Shown in pieces: positions 46,767 through 55,920 of a DNA stretch of 64,000 nucleotides. How positions within the stretch are numbered: position 1 is the stretch's first letter; each line of letters opens with the position of its first letter. Source of the DNA: Gemmatimonadota bacterium (GTDB lineage Bacteria > Gemmatimonadota > Gemmatimonadetes > Palauibacterales > KS3-K002). The stretch covers positions 1-64,000 of the forward strand of contig JBDHJS010000006.1 in NCBI GenBank assembly GCA_039586795.1, written 5' to 3'. The notes below the pieces were generated by a model, which did not search any database, was not told where the DNA came from, and saw only the letters and a program-made list of their open reading frames with translations. The translations under genes were made by a program, and so were the position numbers.

Positions 46767-48113
46767 TCACTCGAACAGCTTCTCGACGGCCTCCACGGCG
46801 TCCGGTCGGGCCAGCACAGTCACCCGGTCGCCGCTCCACAGCGTCGCCTCGCCCAGCGGCACGAACACCTCTTCGCCCCGCGTGATCGAGCCGACCAGGC
46901 TGTCGTCCGGGAAGTCGATGTCTTCCAACGTTTTGCCGGCCACCCGGGAGCCGGCCTCGACCTCGAACTCGATCACCTCAGCGTCCACGCCGCGCAACGC
47001 CGCTACGCCCGTCACACTGCCGCGCCGCACATACCGCAATATCGTGTTCACCGCCGAGAGCCGCGGCGAGACGGCCGCATCAATGCCGACTTTGCCAACC
47101 AGCGGGATGTACTCGATCTTGTTGATCAGCGACACGACCTTCCGCACCCCTTTATCCTTCGCCAGCAAGCTGGACAGCATGTTCGTGTCGTCGTTGCCCG
47201 TCAGCACCACGAAACCGTCCAGGCCGCCGACACCCTCCATCTCCAGCAGCTCCATATCCGTGGCGTTCCCATGCAGAATCAGTGTGCGCTTCAGCTTCTC
47301 GGCCAGCTTCGCCGCCTTCGCCTTGTCCGCTTCGATGATCGTCACCTCGACGCCCTGCTCCTCGAGCATCTGCGCCAGGAAGACCGCCGTGCGGCTGCCG
47401 CCCGCGATCATCACCCGTTCCAGCCGGAACTCCTGGTAGCCCGCCAGCTCCAGCACCGTCGACATCTGCTGTGGGTCGCCGATGATGTAGGCCTTGTCGC
47501 CTTCCTCGAAGTGGTTGTCCCCCCGGGGCACGATCGTCTCTTCGCCGCGCTGGATCGCCGCCGTCAGAAAGCGGCGGTCGTGGATCCCCGAAGCCACATC
47601 GGCCAGCGTCTTGCCAACGATCGGCGCGTCCGGCTGCACCCGCAGCCCCATCATCTGCACCCGCCCGCTGGCGAAGAAGGCGATCTCCATCGCCGCCTCC
47701 GACTGCAGCAGCTGGAACGTCTCCCGGGCGCACTCCAGTTCCGGGTTGATCATCACGTCCACACCCTGCTGCGCGCTCCGCAGGCGGCTCACGTCCAGGA
47801 AGTAGTCGGGGTTAGAGACCCGGGCGACCTTCACCTTGAGATCGTACGGCGCCGCCGACATACAGGCGACCAGGTTGACCTCGTCCGCATTGGTCACCGC
47901 CGCCATCAGATCGGCCTTCGCGATCCCCGCTTCGTCCAGCACCGCCAGGCTCGCGCCGTTCCCGACCACCGTCATGATGTCCAACTGCTCCTGCGCGTTT
48001 TGAGCCCGCGCCGGATCCTCGTCCACCAGCACGATGTCGTGTCGACCCTCTTCCGATAGATGCTCGGCAAGGTGAAAACCGACCGCACCCGCGCCGACGA
48101 TCAGTATTCGCAT
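46767..48113 (-). CDS. trkA: Trk potassium uptake NAD-binding protein
   Basis: Two RCK domains: IVGAGAVG and IAGGSRTA. Confidence 0.95.
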   Translation of the reverse strand: MRILIVGAGAVGFHLAEHLSEEGRHDIVLVDEDPARAQNAQEQLDIMTVVGNGASLAVLDEAGIAKADLMAAVTNADEVNLVACMSAAPYDLKVKVARVSNPDYFLDVSRLRSAQQGVDVMINPELECARETFQLLQSEAAMEIAFFASGRVQMMGLRVQPDAPIVGKTLADVASGIHDRRFLTAAIQRGEETIVPRGDNHFEEGDKAYIIGDPQQMSTVLELAGYQEFRLERVMIAGGSRTAVFLAQMLEEQGVEVTIIEADKAKAAKLAEKLKRTLILHGNATDMELLEMEGVGGLDGFVVLTGNDDTNMLSSLLAKDKGVRKVVSLINKIEYIPLVGKVGIDAAVSPRLSAVNTILRYVRRGSVTGVAALRGVDAEVIEFEVEAGSRVAGKTLEDIDFPDDSLVGSITRGEEVFVPLGEATLWSGDRVTVLARPDAVEAVEKLFE

Positions 48114-48482
48114 GGATTGGGCGTCCTCTGCAGACTGTTGGCCGGGCGATCTATCTCATCGCCCATCACACCTACGACCGTTCAATTTGTACTTCGACTT
48201 TCCTTCCCGCCACCGGCTCTCCGGCTCAGGCGGAACGGTGGCGGAAGCGAACGGGTGAGAACCGGCAAGCTTTTCGGAAACATCAGTCGTCTTTGGCGGA
48301 ATACTGTCCAATTCGCCGATCCCCTAAGCCCTTAGGAAACATGCGTTTAGGCTGGGCCGCCGTCTAATGCCCGCTACTCCAGTCACAATGACCGAATAAT
48401 CATTACTCATTTTGGCTACAATTTGCAGTGCTCTATCCGCTAATTCCTTAAAAAATAACAGCTTACGCGACATGTCCGATAT

Positions 48483-48498
48483 CGGTATGGATACTGCT
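48483..48498 (+). promoter_or_regulatory. Possible sigma54 promoter of pilin cluster
   Basis: CGGTATGGATACTGCT (GG-N10-GC) in an AT-rich intergenic region. Confidence 0.3.
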
Positions 48499-48564
48499 AA
48501 GGATATAGGGCGCGAGAAAGCCATCATCGCCTCTCGTACAGAACAAACCAAGAGATAATCGCTT

Positions 48565-49176
48565 ATGTACCGGAGAACACAAAACAGCAAGGGCTTCACC
48601 CTGATCGAAATGGTCATTGTGGTAATGATTTTCGGTCTCATGGCGGCGATCACGATTCCGCGTGCCATGCGTGTCAGCCCCCGGCAGCAGGTCCATGCGG
48701 CGGCCCGCCAGGTGATGCGTGACCTGGAAGCTGCTCGGATGAGGGCCATCTCCGCGAAGCGCGTGGTCCGCATGAGCTTCTACCAGACGAAGGACTTCTA
48801 CGCGGCGTACATGGATGTGTCCAAAGCTCGTAAGGGCAACATCGAGGAAACGGAAGAAGAGGCGCGTGCCTCGAGGTTCCTCGTCCGGGCGTCTGAGAGC
48901 GGAATCCCGGGCGCGGATCTTCCCAACGGCGTCGTTTTCGGGGGCGGCAATGCAACGGCGGGTCCGCTGGGCGAAGTGGTCAGCGACCCGATCCTATTCG
49001 ACAGCGATCTGGTGGAGTTTGACGCACGCGGCATGGTTCGGCCGATCAACGGAGTGCGGTCCGGCGGCGTGATAGTGCTGGTACACAAAGATGATCCCGA
49101 GATCGTCGCCGCAGTGACGGTGACCGGGTCGGGAGCGTTTCGTTCGTGGAACTGGCAGGACGGCAAGTGGAGGTAA
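48565..49176 (+). CDS. Type IV minor pilin, FimT/FimU/GspH-like
   Basis: G|FTLIEMV prepilin motif; DL..AR..AI; VEFDARG. Confidence 0.85.
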   Translation: MYRRTQNSKGFTLIEMVIVVMIFGLMAAITIPRAMRVSPRQQVHAAARQVMRDLEAARMRAISAKRVVRMSFYQTKDFYAAYMDVSKARKGNIEETEEEARASRFLVRASESGIPGADLPNGVVFGGGNATAGPLGEVVSDPILFDSDLVEFDARGMVRPINGVRSGGVIVLVHKDDPEIVAAVTVTGSGAFRSWNWQDGKWR

Positions 49177-49589
49177 TGAAAGTGTTCCGGAAGATGAAAT
49201 CGGAGGCCGGTATCGGCCTGATGAGCACGATGGTCGCGATGGTCCTTTTGGGGCTGGCGGTCACGGCGCTTTCCAGCTCCGGCATGATGGTCCTGGCGGT
49301 TCACACCGACTCTGCGGTACGCGCGACGGCGACGGCGTTGGCCGCGTCCTATCTCGAGGAGGTCAAGGCCCGTGATCCTCAGACCCTCGCCTCGGAGTCG
49401 GCGGCCAAGATCAACGAGGCCGGCATCGATGAGTCGACGGGCCCTTACATCAGGTCCCTCGAAGTAGCCGACGAGGACGGGCTCGCCTACACGAAGCGAG
49501 TCACCGTACTGGTTCAGTATCCCCGCGGCAAAGGCCGCATGGGTCGAGTGGAGCTGGTCACGGTGATCTACGTGGGAGAAGAGCGATGA
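49176..49589 (+). CDS. Type IV minor pilin, PilV-like
   Basis: G|IGLMS atypical prepilin; A..LA...LE; KRVTVLV. Confidence 0.75.
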   Translation: MKVFRKMKSEAGIGLMSTMVAMVLLGLAVTALSSSGMMVLAVHTDSAVRATATALAASYLEEVKARDPQTLASESAAKINEAGIDESTGPYIRSLEVADEDGLAYTKRVTVLVQYPRGKGRMGRVELVTVIYVGEER

Positions 49590-50566
49590 ACTCGCAGCGC
49601 TTGCTTCGCCTGGCGCTCCCCCGCGACAACAGGCTGTCCTCTGAAGGCTTCACCCTGGTCGAGGCGCTCATCGGCATGATGGTAGGCATCTTAGTCCTCG
49701 GCGCCACCGTCGGGTTCTTGCTGACCCAGATGCGGACCCTCGGCGCTGGCGACGTGCGTGAGGACCTACACCGCAACGCGCGGTATATTGGCGTCTCGCT
49801 GCGCCACGATGTGCAGGCTGCGGGCATCGAAATGAAGACGACCCACGACTTCGGGACGATGGCGGCGTACCCCGGCACCTACGGAGACACGCTGATCGTT
49901 CTTCACGTGCCCTACGTTCCCTCACCGGCGCCGCCCCACGACATCGATCCGCCGGCCGGGACCGACAATCCGCTCCCTGCGGGCGGTACCTGCGGCACGA
50001 ACTGCATCGACGTCACGAAAGAGTCGGGTGTGCAGCTCGAGCTGGTCCAGGGTGACCTTGCTCGCATGCAGATCGGTAGTACGCGACGGTTCATTCTGAT
50101 TGAAAAGATCGTCGCGACCAACGATACGTCGGTTGCCCTCACCTTCACGGCGCACGATACGATCCTCCGCAAGCCCGCCGGTCTCACCGGCGGCCTGCGA
50201 CTCGACCGCTTCAGCACTTTTGTTCAGAAGGTCCAGCCGACCATCTACTGGGTGGACGACCAGAAGCGCCTCTGGCGCGCCGTGCGCCTCAACTCCAGCA
50301 GCAAGCCGGTGGGCCACATCCTGGCCTGGGGCGTCGAGTCTTTCGAGATCCGCCTGATCTTCGAGGACGGCGACGAGCTGGAGCAAGCCAACCCGTTCGA
50401 TAGCGACAACTCGAACGACTATGACGACGTCGTCGCCGTTCGGATCACGGCCACGCTGGCCGCCGACCGCACGGACCAGCGGGTGAACGGAGGGCAGCTG
50501 CTCAAGAAGTCGTACGAATGGGTAATCTCGCCCCGAAACCTGCGGTATGAGAGAAACAGGTTCTAA
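49586..50566 (+). CDS. Type IV minor pilin, PilW-like
   Basis: G|FTLVEAL; NAR...DVQAAG; C-terminal PRNL. Confidence 0.83.
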   Translation: MNSQRLLRLALPRDNRLSSEGFTLVEALIGMMVGILVLGATVGFLLTQMRTLGAGDVREDLHRNARYIGVSLRHDVQAAGIEMKTTHDFGTMAAYPGTYGDTLIVLHVPYVPSPAPPHDIDPPAGTDNPLPAGGTCGTNCIDVTKESGVQLELVQGDLARMQIGSTRRFILIEKIVATNDTSVALTFTAHDTILRKPAGLTGGLRLDRFSTFVQKVQPTIYWVDDQKRLWRAVRLNSSSKPVGHILAWGVESFEIRLIFEDGDELEQANPFDSDNSNDYDDVVAVRITATLAADRTDQRVNGGQLLKKSYEWVISPRNLRYERNRF

Positions 50567-50602
50567 CGAACGAACTCGGCCCCAACCGAACTGGATTGAG
50601 AT

Positions 50603-52798
50603 ATGCGCATCAAGAGCTTCACAGACGAACGCGGCCTGGCGCTGATCGCCACGTTGCTGCTTCTGGCCCTGGTCGCCGTGCTGACGACGACGGCGCTCAC
50701 CGGCGCCATGAACGCGCTCCGTACGTCGGGCAGCGACTACCAGGACACGCGGGTCTTCTACGCCGCGGAAGCGGGCGCCGAGGCCACACTGGCCCAGCTG
50801 AAGGTCGCGCTGCTCGATGGGTACCTGTCGCCCGACGAGCTGACGAACATGAAGCCGCCAGATCTGAACGCCGTCGACTTCGACAGCTTCGCGGTGAACA
50901 AGGTTGGCGATGAGATCGTCGAGACGATCACCGACGGACCGTTCGCCGGGCTCTACGCGCTGACGCAGAACGTCGACATCTATTCCCGGGCCGCGAACGC
51001 GGCGGGCGATGTCTCAGCGGTCATTCTGCGCGCCAAGGCGCAGGCGATCCCCATCTTCCAGTTCGGCGTCTTCTTCGAGCAGGACCTCGAGGCTACCAAC
51101 GGGCCGCCCATGGAGTTCGTGGGGCGCGTCCATTCGAACGGCAACATCTACCTGAGCTCGGACAACGCCTGGTACCGCGACCTGGTCACCACGCCCAACA
51201 AGATCATCCACGACCGCAAGGACTTCCACAGCGTGAAGAACGGGGTGTACGTTAACGACTCCGGCGGCACCGAGGTCCCGTTGGACTTTGACAGCCGGAC
51301 GCACGCGGACCCCGAAGCGTTCAAGGCGAAGAGCTGCGACAGGTTCGACTGCCGGGTGCAGACCGACGCCTTCGGGGTCGACTCGCTCTCTCTGCCGCTG
51401 CCCGATGGCGTGCCGCCCTACGAGTTGCTCATGCCACGCGAGAACAGCGATGTGGACGCGGAGCGCCAGGTGAAGTTCGCCTGGAACGCCGACATGTACA
51501 TCGAGGTCGACCTGGGCAACATCAGCACCAAGGAGGACGTTTGCATGGGTGGCGGCCCCAAAAAGGACCCGGACGAGGTCGGCGGCGACCTGCAGGTCAC
51601 CGCTCTGCAGAAGGTGGAACCGGGGGCGACCGTCCAGTTCAAGATCCTCAACGTGCCCTGCGGGGAGATCGATGACGTCGATGTCCAAATTACGGCCGAC
51701 GGCGTCACATTCTTTTCGGTCATTGACCTTCAGAACTGTATCTTCCAGGCCACCATCCCCATCGACGCCAACGACGTCGTCTTGACCGCCATTGGCGACG
51801 ATGACGGTATCGGGACGGTGATGAACGGGAGCGCCTTCTGGTACGGGCTTCAGTACGTCAACGATCTCGCGCCCTGGCCGGCGACGACGATCACCCGCAG
51901 TTCGGGTGGTGACGTTCCGGCTGCTAAAGACATGTGCAACATGTTCTGGTGGGATTGGGCGAGCTTCTACGACGGGCGCGAAAAGGAGCTCAAAGATGTG
52001 CTCAACATCGACATCGCCCAGATAGTCGCCTGGGCCGGCGGCTCGTCCTCCCGGAGCAGTGAGGTCATTTACGTCGAGATCAAGGTTCCCAATACGATCA
52101 ATGGGTACTCGCAAGAGACGCTGGACCTGATATTGGACGGGACACTCGATCCGGCGGTGCGCGTGCTCAACGGCCAGACGCTGCCGAATCCGATGTCGCT
52201 GGCCAGCGAATGGCCGCTCTACGTGAAGGGCGACTATAACCGCTTCGCGAAGAAGCCCGCCGCCCTGGCCGGCGACGGCATCACTATCCTGTCTAATGCT
52301 TGGGACGATGCGAACAACAAGCCGCCCGGCGGTACCTACACCTCCTGTACGAACCAGACCGCTCCAAACTCTCCGTGTGCACACTACTTGACCTGGCAAG
52401 CCACCTGGACGAAGGGGCCGAGCCTCGAGACCTGGGTCAACGCGGCGATCCTCGCCGGGCACACGGCGACGCCGTGTGACCATGAAGATTCTTCCTGCAT
52501 CGCCGACGGCTCGAGCGCCTACTATACGGACTGGTACGGCGGCGGACTGGAGAACTTCCCACGCTTCCTCGAGCGCTGGTACAACACTAGCGGAGTTCGC
52601 CAGACGCTCCATTTCGTGGGCGCTCTGATCAGCCCGTTCACCAGCCAGAAGACGACCGGCACTTGGAACGGCAGCTACTACTCGCCGCCCCAGCGTGACT
52701 GGCAATTCGATACAGATTTCCAAGACCCGAGGCTCTTGCCGCCGGGCACGCCCAACGTGGGGTACGTCCTGCGAACCGCCATGAGAGAGGCATACTGA
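50603..52798 (+). CDS. Large PilX-like pilin, copy 1
   Basis: G|LALIA (no Glu5), FYAAEAG, GRVHSNG, GGLENFPRFLE.W, Y.PP.R.W.FD, PPGTP. Confidence 0.8.
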   Translation: MRIKSFTDERGLALIATLLLLALVAVLTTTALTGAMNALRTSGSDYQDTRVFYAAEAGAEATLAQLKVALLDGYLSPDELTNMKPPDLNAVDFDSFAVNKVGDEIVETITDGPFAGLYALTQNVDIYSRAANAAGDVSAVILRAKAQAIPIFQFGVFFEQDLEATNGPPMEFVGRVHSNGNIYLSSDNAWYRDLVTTPNKIIHDRKDFHSVKNGVYVNDSGGTEVPLDFDSRTHADPEAFKAKSCDRFDCRVQTDAFGVDSLSLPLPDGVPPYELLMPRENSDVDAERQVKFAWNADMYIEVDLGNISTKEDVCMGGGPKKDPDEVGGDLQVTALQKVEPGATVQFKILNVPCGEIDDVDVQITADGVTFFSVIDLQNCIFQATIPIDANDVVLTAIGDDDGIGTVMNGSAFWYGLQYVNDLAPWPATTITRSSGGDVPAAKDMCNMFWWDWASFYDGREKELKDVLNIDIAQIVAWAGGSSSRSSEVIYVEIKVPNTINGYSQETLDLILDGTLDPAVRVLNGQTLPNPMSLASEWPLYVKGDYNRFAKKPAALAGDGITILSNAWDDANNKPPGGTYTSCTNQTAPNSPCAHYLTWQATWTKGPSLETWVNAAILAGHTATPCDHEDSSCIADGSSAYYTDWYGGGLENFPRFLERWYNTSGVRQTLHFVGALISPFTSQKTTGTWNGSYYSPPQRDWQFDTDFQDPRLLPPGTPNVGYVLRTAMREAY

Positions 52799-52831
52799 GC
52801 TCGTCATAGACCTTAGAACGACATTCAACCC

Positions 52832-52872
52832 GCCCTTGGATCGCCAACCCGGCGATCCAAGGGCCTTTTTTT
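52832..52872 (+). terminator. Intrinsic terminator after PilX copy 1
   Basis: gcccttggatcgcc-aaccc-ggcgatccaagggc followed by cTTTTTTT. Confidence 0.88.
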
Positions 52873-52933
52873 CGGGGGCATCCAGGCTTCCCAGGGACCA
52901 GCAACAGTCCCGTCCGACAACCCGGAGATTTGT

Positions 52934-55189
52934 GTGATGGATTTATTGCCCAGTGTCACAGGGCTAAGGCTTTCGGCCAGGAAGCTCTGCCAGCGAACGG
53001 ACGATCGCAGCGGACTGGCCCTTATTGCCACTTTGCTGCTGCTTGCGATGGTCGCAGTGCTCACGACCACGGCGCTCACCGGCGCGATGAACGCGCTGCG
53101 CACGGCCGGCAGCGACTATCAGGACACTCGGATCTTCTACGCGGCGGAAGCCGGCGCCGAGGGTACCTTGGCCCAGCTGAAGATCGCACTCGCCGACGGC
53201 TACCTGTCGCCCGACGAGCTGACGAACATGAAGCCGCCTCAATTCGACGGCATTGACTTCGACAGCTTTACGGTGAACAAGATCGGCGATGAGACGGTAG
53301 AGACGATCACCGACGGTCCCTACGCGGGGCTGTTCGCCCTCACGCAGAACGTCGACATCTACTCTCATGCGTCAAACGCCGCCGGCGATATCTCGGCGGT
53401 CATCCTGCGGGCCAAGGCGCAGGCGATCCCGATCTTTCAGTTCGGCGTCTTCTTCGAGGGCGATTTGGAAGGCACGAACGGCCCACCGCTCCATATGGCG
53501 GGCCGTGTCCATTCGAATGGCAACATCTATCTCAGCTCCAGCAACGCGTGGTACCACGAGATGGTCACCACCCCCAACAAGGTGTTTCACGACCGAAAGG
53601 ACCAGCACTACGTGCGCAACGGCGTCTACATCGACGACTCCGGCGGCAACGCGGTACGACTCAACTTCGACAGCCGTTCGCATCCCGATCCCGAGGCCTT
53701 CAAGTCGGAAAGCTGTTCGAGATTCGACTGTCGCCTGCAAACCGATGCGTTCGACGTCGATTCTCTGAGCTTGCCCCTGCCGGACGGCGTCTTGCCCTAC
53801 GAGCTGGTGCGGCCGCGTGAGGATAGTGACACCGACGCGGAACGCAACGTGAAGTTCGCCTGGAACGCCGACTTCTACCTCACCATAGACCTGGTGAACC
53901 TATCGACGGAGGACGTCGAGTGTGGCAACGTGTCAGTGGTGCCGGATCCGGATGTCATCAACTCGGGCAACATAACGCTGACCGGCTCCGGGGCGCTTTG
54001 CCCGGGCGAACTCGTCACGTTCGTGGCCAGCCATCCCGACCTCGTCTGCGCGGATTTCGACTTTCGGGCGCTGCGCACTGTCGAGGCCGGCGGGAAGATA
54101 AATTCCGAGCCCATGGACGGCTGTCAATTCAAAGTGAATCTTCCGGACGGGGCGCCGACAGACATCAGGATCACGATCGAACTCAAGATGGCTGATTATC
54201 CGCAACTGAGTCAGGACGAACTGGCCGATGTCTTGTGGTTGCAGGACACGATCGACGCCAACTGCACGGGTGGCGCCACCCTGAGCAACGACCCGTGGCC
54301 GAACATGGTCGTTACGCGGGCGGGCGGGGAGTCGCCCGACAAGGCTGATCTGTGCTCGATCTTCCAGTGGGAGTGGTCGGACTTTTTCGATGGCCGCGAG
54401 AACGAGCTAAAGGACGTCCTGAACGTCGATCTCGCCGCGCTGAACGCATGGGTCACTGGCAACGCGCAACGTACGATCGAGATCCTCTACGTCGATTTCG
54501 TCGTGCCCGGCGATATCAAAAACTACAAACCGCTGACCAAGGACCTGTTGCCGGACGCGACGGTCGATCCGGCGCTGCGGCTCATCAACGGAAGCTCGCT
54601 CCCGAACCGCATGACGATCGCCAACGAATGGCCGCTCTACATCCGGGGCAACCTGAACAGCGTCAACAAACAGCCGGCGGCCGTAACGGGGGATGGCATC
54701 ACGATCCAGTCGAATGCTTGGCTAGATGCGAATAACCGTCCGCCCGAAAGCGTATTCACCGCCTGTAAAGGCATCGTTAGCGCCGGCAACGCTTGCCCCA
54801 AATACACGGATTGGATGCCAACCTGGGCCATGCGAACCGCTTCGGAGACGACTGTGAACGCGGCCTTCCTCGGCGGTCACTGGGCGACGCCATGCGATCA
54901 CGAGGACGCGGGATGCGGCGGCGGCTACTACGACTTCTACGGCGGCGGCTTTCACAACTTCCCGCGCTTTGTCGAAGACTGGCTGCGTACAGTCAAGTTC
55001 CACTACACAGGCGCCTTGATCAGTCCGTTCACTAGTCAGAAGACGACGGGCACCTGGAACCTGACCTACTACGAGCCGCCGGATCGCAACTGGGCGTTCG
55101 ATACCGACTTCCGCGACCCGAGGCTCCTGCCGCCCGGTACACCGAACGTCGGTTACGTGCTCCGTACCGCAATGCGCGAGGCCTATTAG
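52934..55189 (+). CDS. Large PilX-like pilin, copy 2
   Basis: Paralog of 50603-52798; identical C-terminal DPRLLPPGTPNVGYVLRTAMREAY; GGAG RBS. Confidence 0.8.
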   Translation: MMDLLPSVTGLRLSARKLCQRTDDRSGLALIATLLLLAMVAVLTTTALTGAMNALRTAGSDYQDTRIFYAAEAGAEGTLAQLKIALADGYLSPDELTNMKPPQFDGIDFDSFTVNKIGDETVETITDGPYAGLFALTQNVDIYSHASNAAGDISAVILRAKAQAIPIFQFGVFFEGDLEGTNGPPLHMAGRVHSNGNIYLSSSNAWYHEMVTTPNKVFHDRKDQHYVRNGVYIDDSGGNAVRLNFDSRSHPDPEAFKSESCSRFDCRLQTDAFDVDSLSLPLPDGVLPYELVRPREDSDTDAERNVKFAWNADFYLTIDLVNLSTEDVECGNVSVVPDPDVINSGNITLTGSGALCPGELVTFVASHPDLVCADFDFRALRTVEAGGKINSEPMDGCQFKVNLPDGAPTDIRITIELKMADYPQLSQDELADVLWLQDTIDANCTGGATLSNDPWPNMVVTRAGGESPDKADLCSIFQWEWSDFFDGRENELKDVLNVDLAALNAWVTGNAQRTIEILYVDFVVPGDIKNYKPLTKDLLPDATVDPALRLINGSSLPNRMTIANEWPLYIRGNLNSVNKQPAAVTGDGITIQSNAWLDANNRPPESVFTACKGIVSAGNACPKYTDWMPTWAMRTASETTVNAAFLGGHWATPCDHEDAGCGGGYYDFYGGGFHNFPRFVEDWLRTVKFHYTGALISPFTSQKTTGTWNLTYYEPPDRNWAFDTDFRDPRLLPPGTPNVGYVLRTAMREAY

Positions 55190-55220
55190 TCCGTTTTCCC
55201 GAAGTATCGGCTGGACGCAC

Positions 55221-55246
55221 GGGGCCGTCGCAAGACGGCCCCATTT
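55221..55246 (+). terminator. Hairpin after PilX copy 2
   Basis: ggggccgtc-GCAA-gacggcccc, short T tail. Confidence 0.6.
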
Positions 55247-55351
55247 GCATCTGGCTTGCTGACCCGTCGTCGACCGAACGGACACTTCCCTGGAGAGAGC
55301 GCCGTGCCTATTCTTGGGTCGAACACTGTCCGGACGGCCTGCCGTCCGCCG

Positions 55352-55425
55352 GGGCCCGTAGCTCAGTTGGTCAGAGCAGCCGACTCATAATCGGTAGGTC
55401 GCAGGTTCGAGTCCTGCCGGGCCCA
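55352..55425 (+). tRNA. tRNA with CAT anticodon, most likely tRNA-Ile2 (lysidine type)
   Basis: GGGCCCG/CGGGCCC paired acceptor, GCCGA-CTCATAA-TCGGT, A discriminator; resembles Ile2 rather than initiator Met. Confidence 0.85.
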
Positions 55426-55447
55426 CTCGCCTTCACCGGAGCGCTCG

Positions 55448-55807
55448 ATGCCCGTCAACGTTCGCCGCTTCCTCTACAGCATGCTCGCCACGCTCGGCGT
55501 CATCATGATGGTGCCCCTCACCATCAACGTGGCCCGCTTACAATCGGCGCTCGAGCAGTTCGACCCGCTGGCAACGGACGGGCTGGGGCTCGATCCCGAG
55601 GTCTCCGCCTGGCTCGGTGGTCTCTGGCTGCTCTTCCTGGCCGGCACTTGTGTCTCCGTCGGGTTCCTCTACCTGGCCCTCTCAACCGGCCATCTCAAGG
55701 GCTGGCGCCCCGTCGGGAACGGGGAACCCCGCTGCGCGCGCTGCGGCAGCCCGTTGGCCATGGGGCTCGAGCGCTGCGGCACCTGCGACCAGCGGCTGTC
55801 CTGGTGA
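55448..55807 (+). CDS. Small 2-TM protein with C-terminal zinc ribbon
   Basis: GGAG RBS; two hydrophobic helices; CARC...CGTC. Confidence 0.65.
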   Translation: MPVNVRRFLYSMLATLGVIMMVPLTINVARLQSALEQFDPLATDGLGLDPEVSAWLGGLWLLFLAGTCVSVGFLYLALSTGHLKGWRPVGNGEPRCARCGSPLAMGLERCGTCDQRLSW

Positions 55808-55920
55808 CCGCCAGGCCCGACAGCCTACGCCGCTCAGCGGTCCCAGCATTGACAATAGCCCCCACCCCGTCCACGTTTCGGCGTTTCGAATCAGCCATAC
55901 GATAGAAAGACAGGAGCAGG

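Noticed and set aside
48413..48427. TGGCTACAATTTGCA as a sigma54 promoter
   Set aside because: Only 9 nt between GG and GC instead of the required 10
50603..55189. Diversity-generating retroelement behind the paralog pair
   Set aside because: No reverse transcriptase in the window; differences are not adenine-specific and span whole genes
48330..55425. Pilin cluster as a tRNA-integrated genomic island
   Set aside because: No integrase and no duplicated tRNA 3' end; the cluster lies on the 5' side of the tRNA
55352..55425. Initiator tRNA-fMet
   Set aside because: First base pair is matched G-C and the anticodon stem lacks three consecutive G-C pairs
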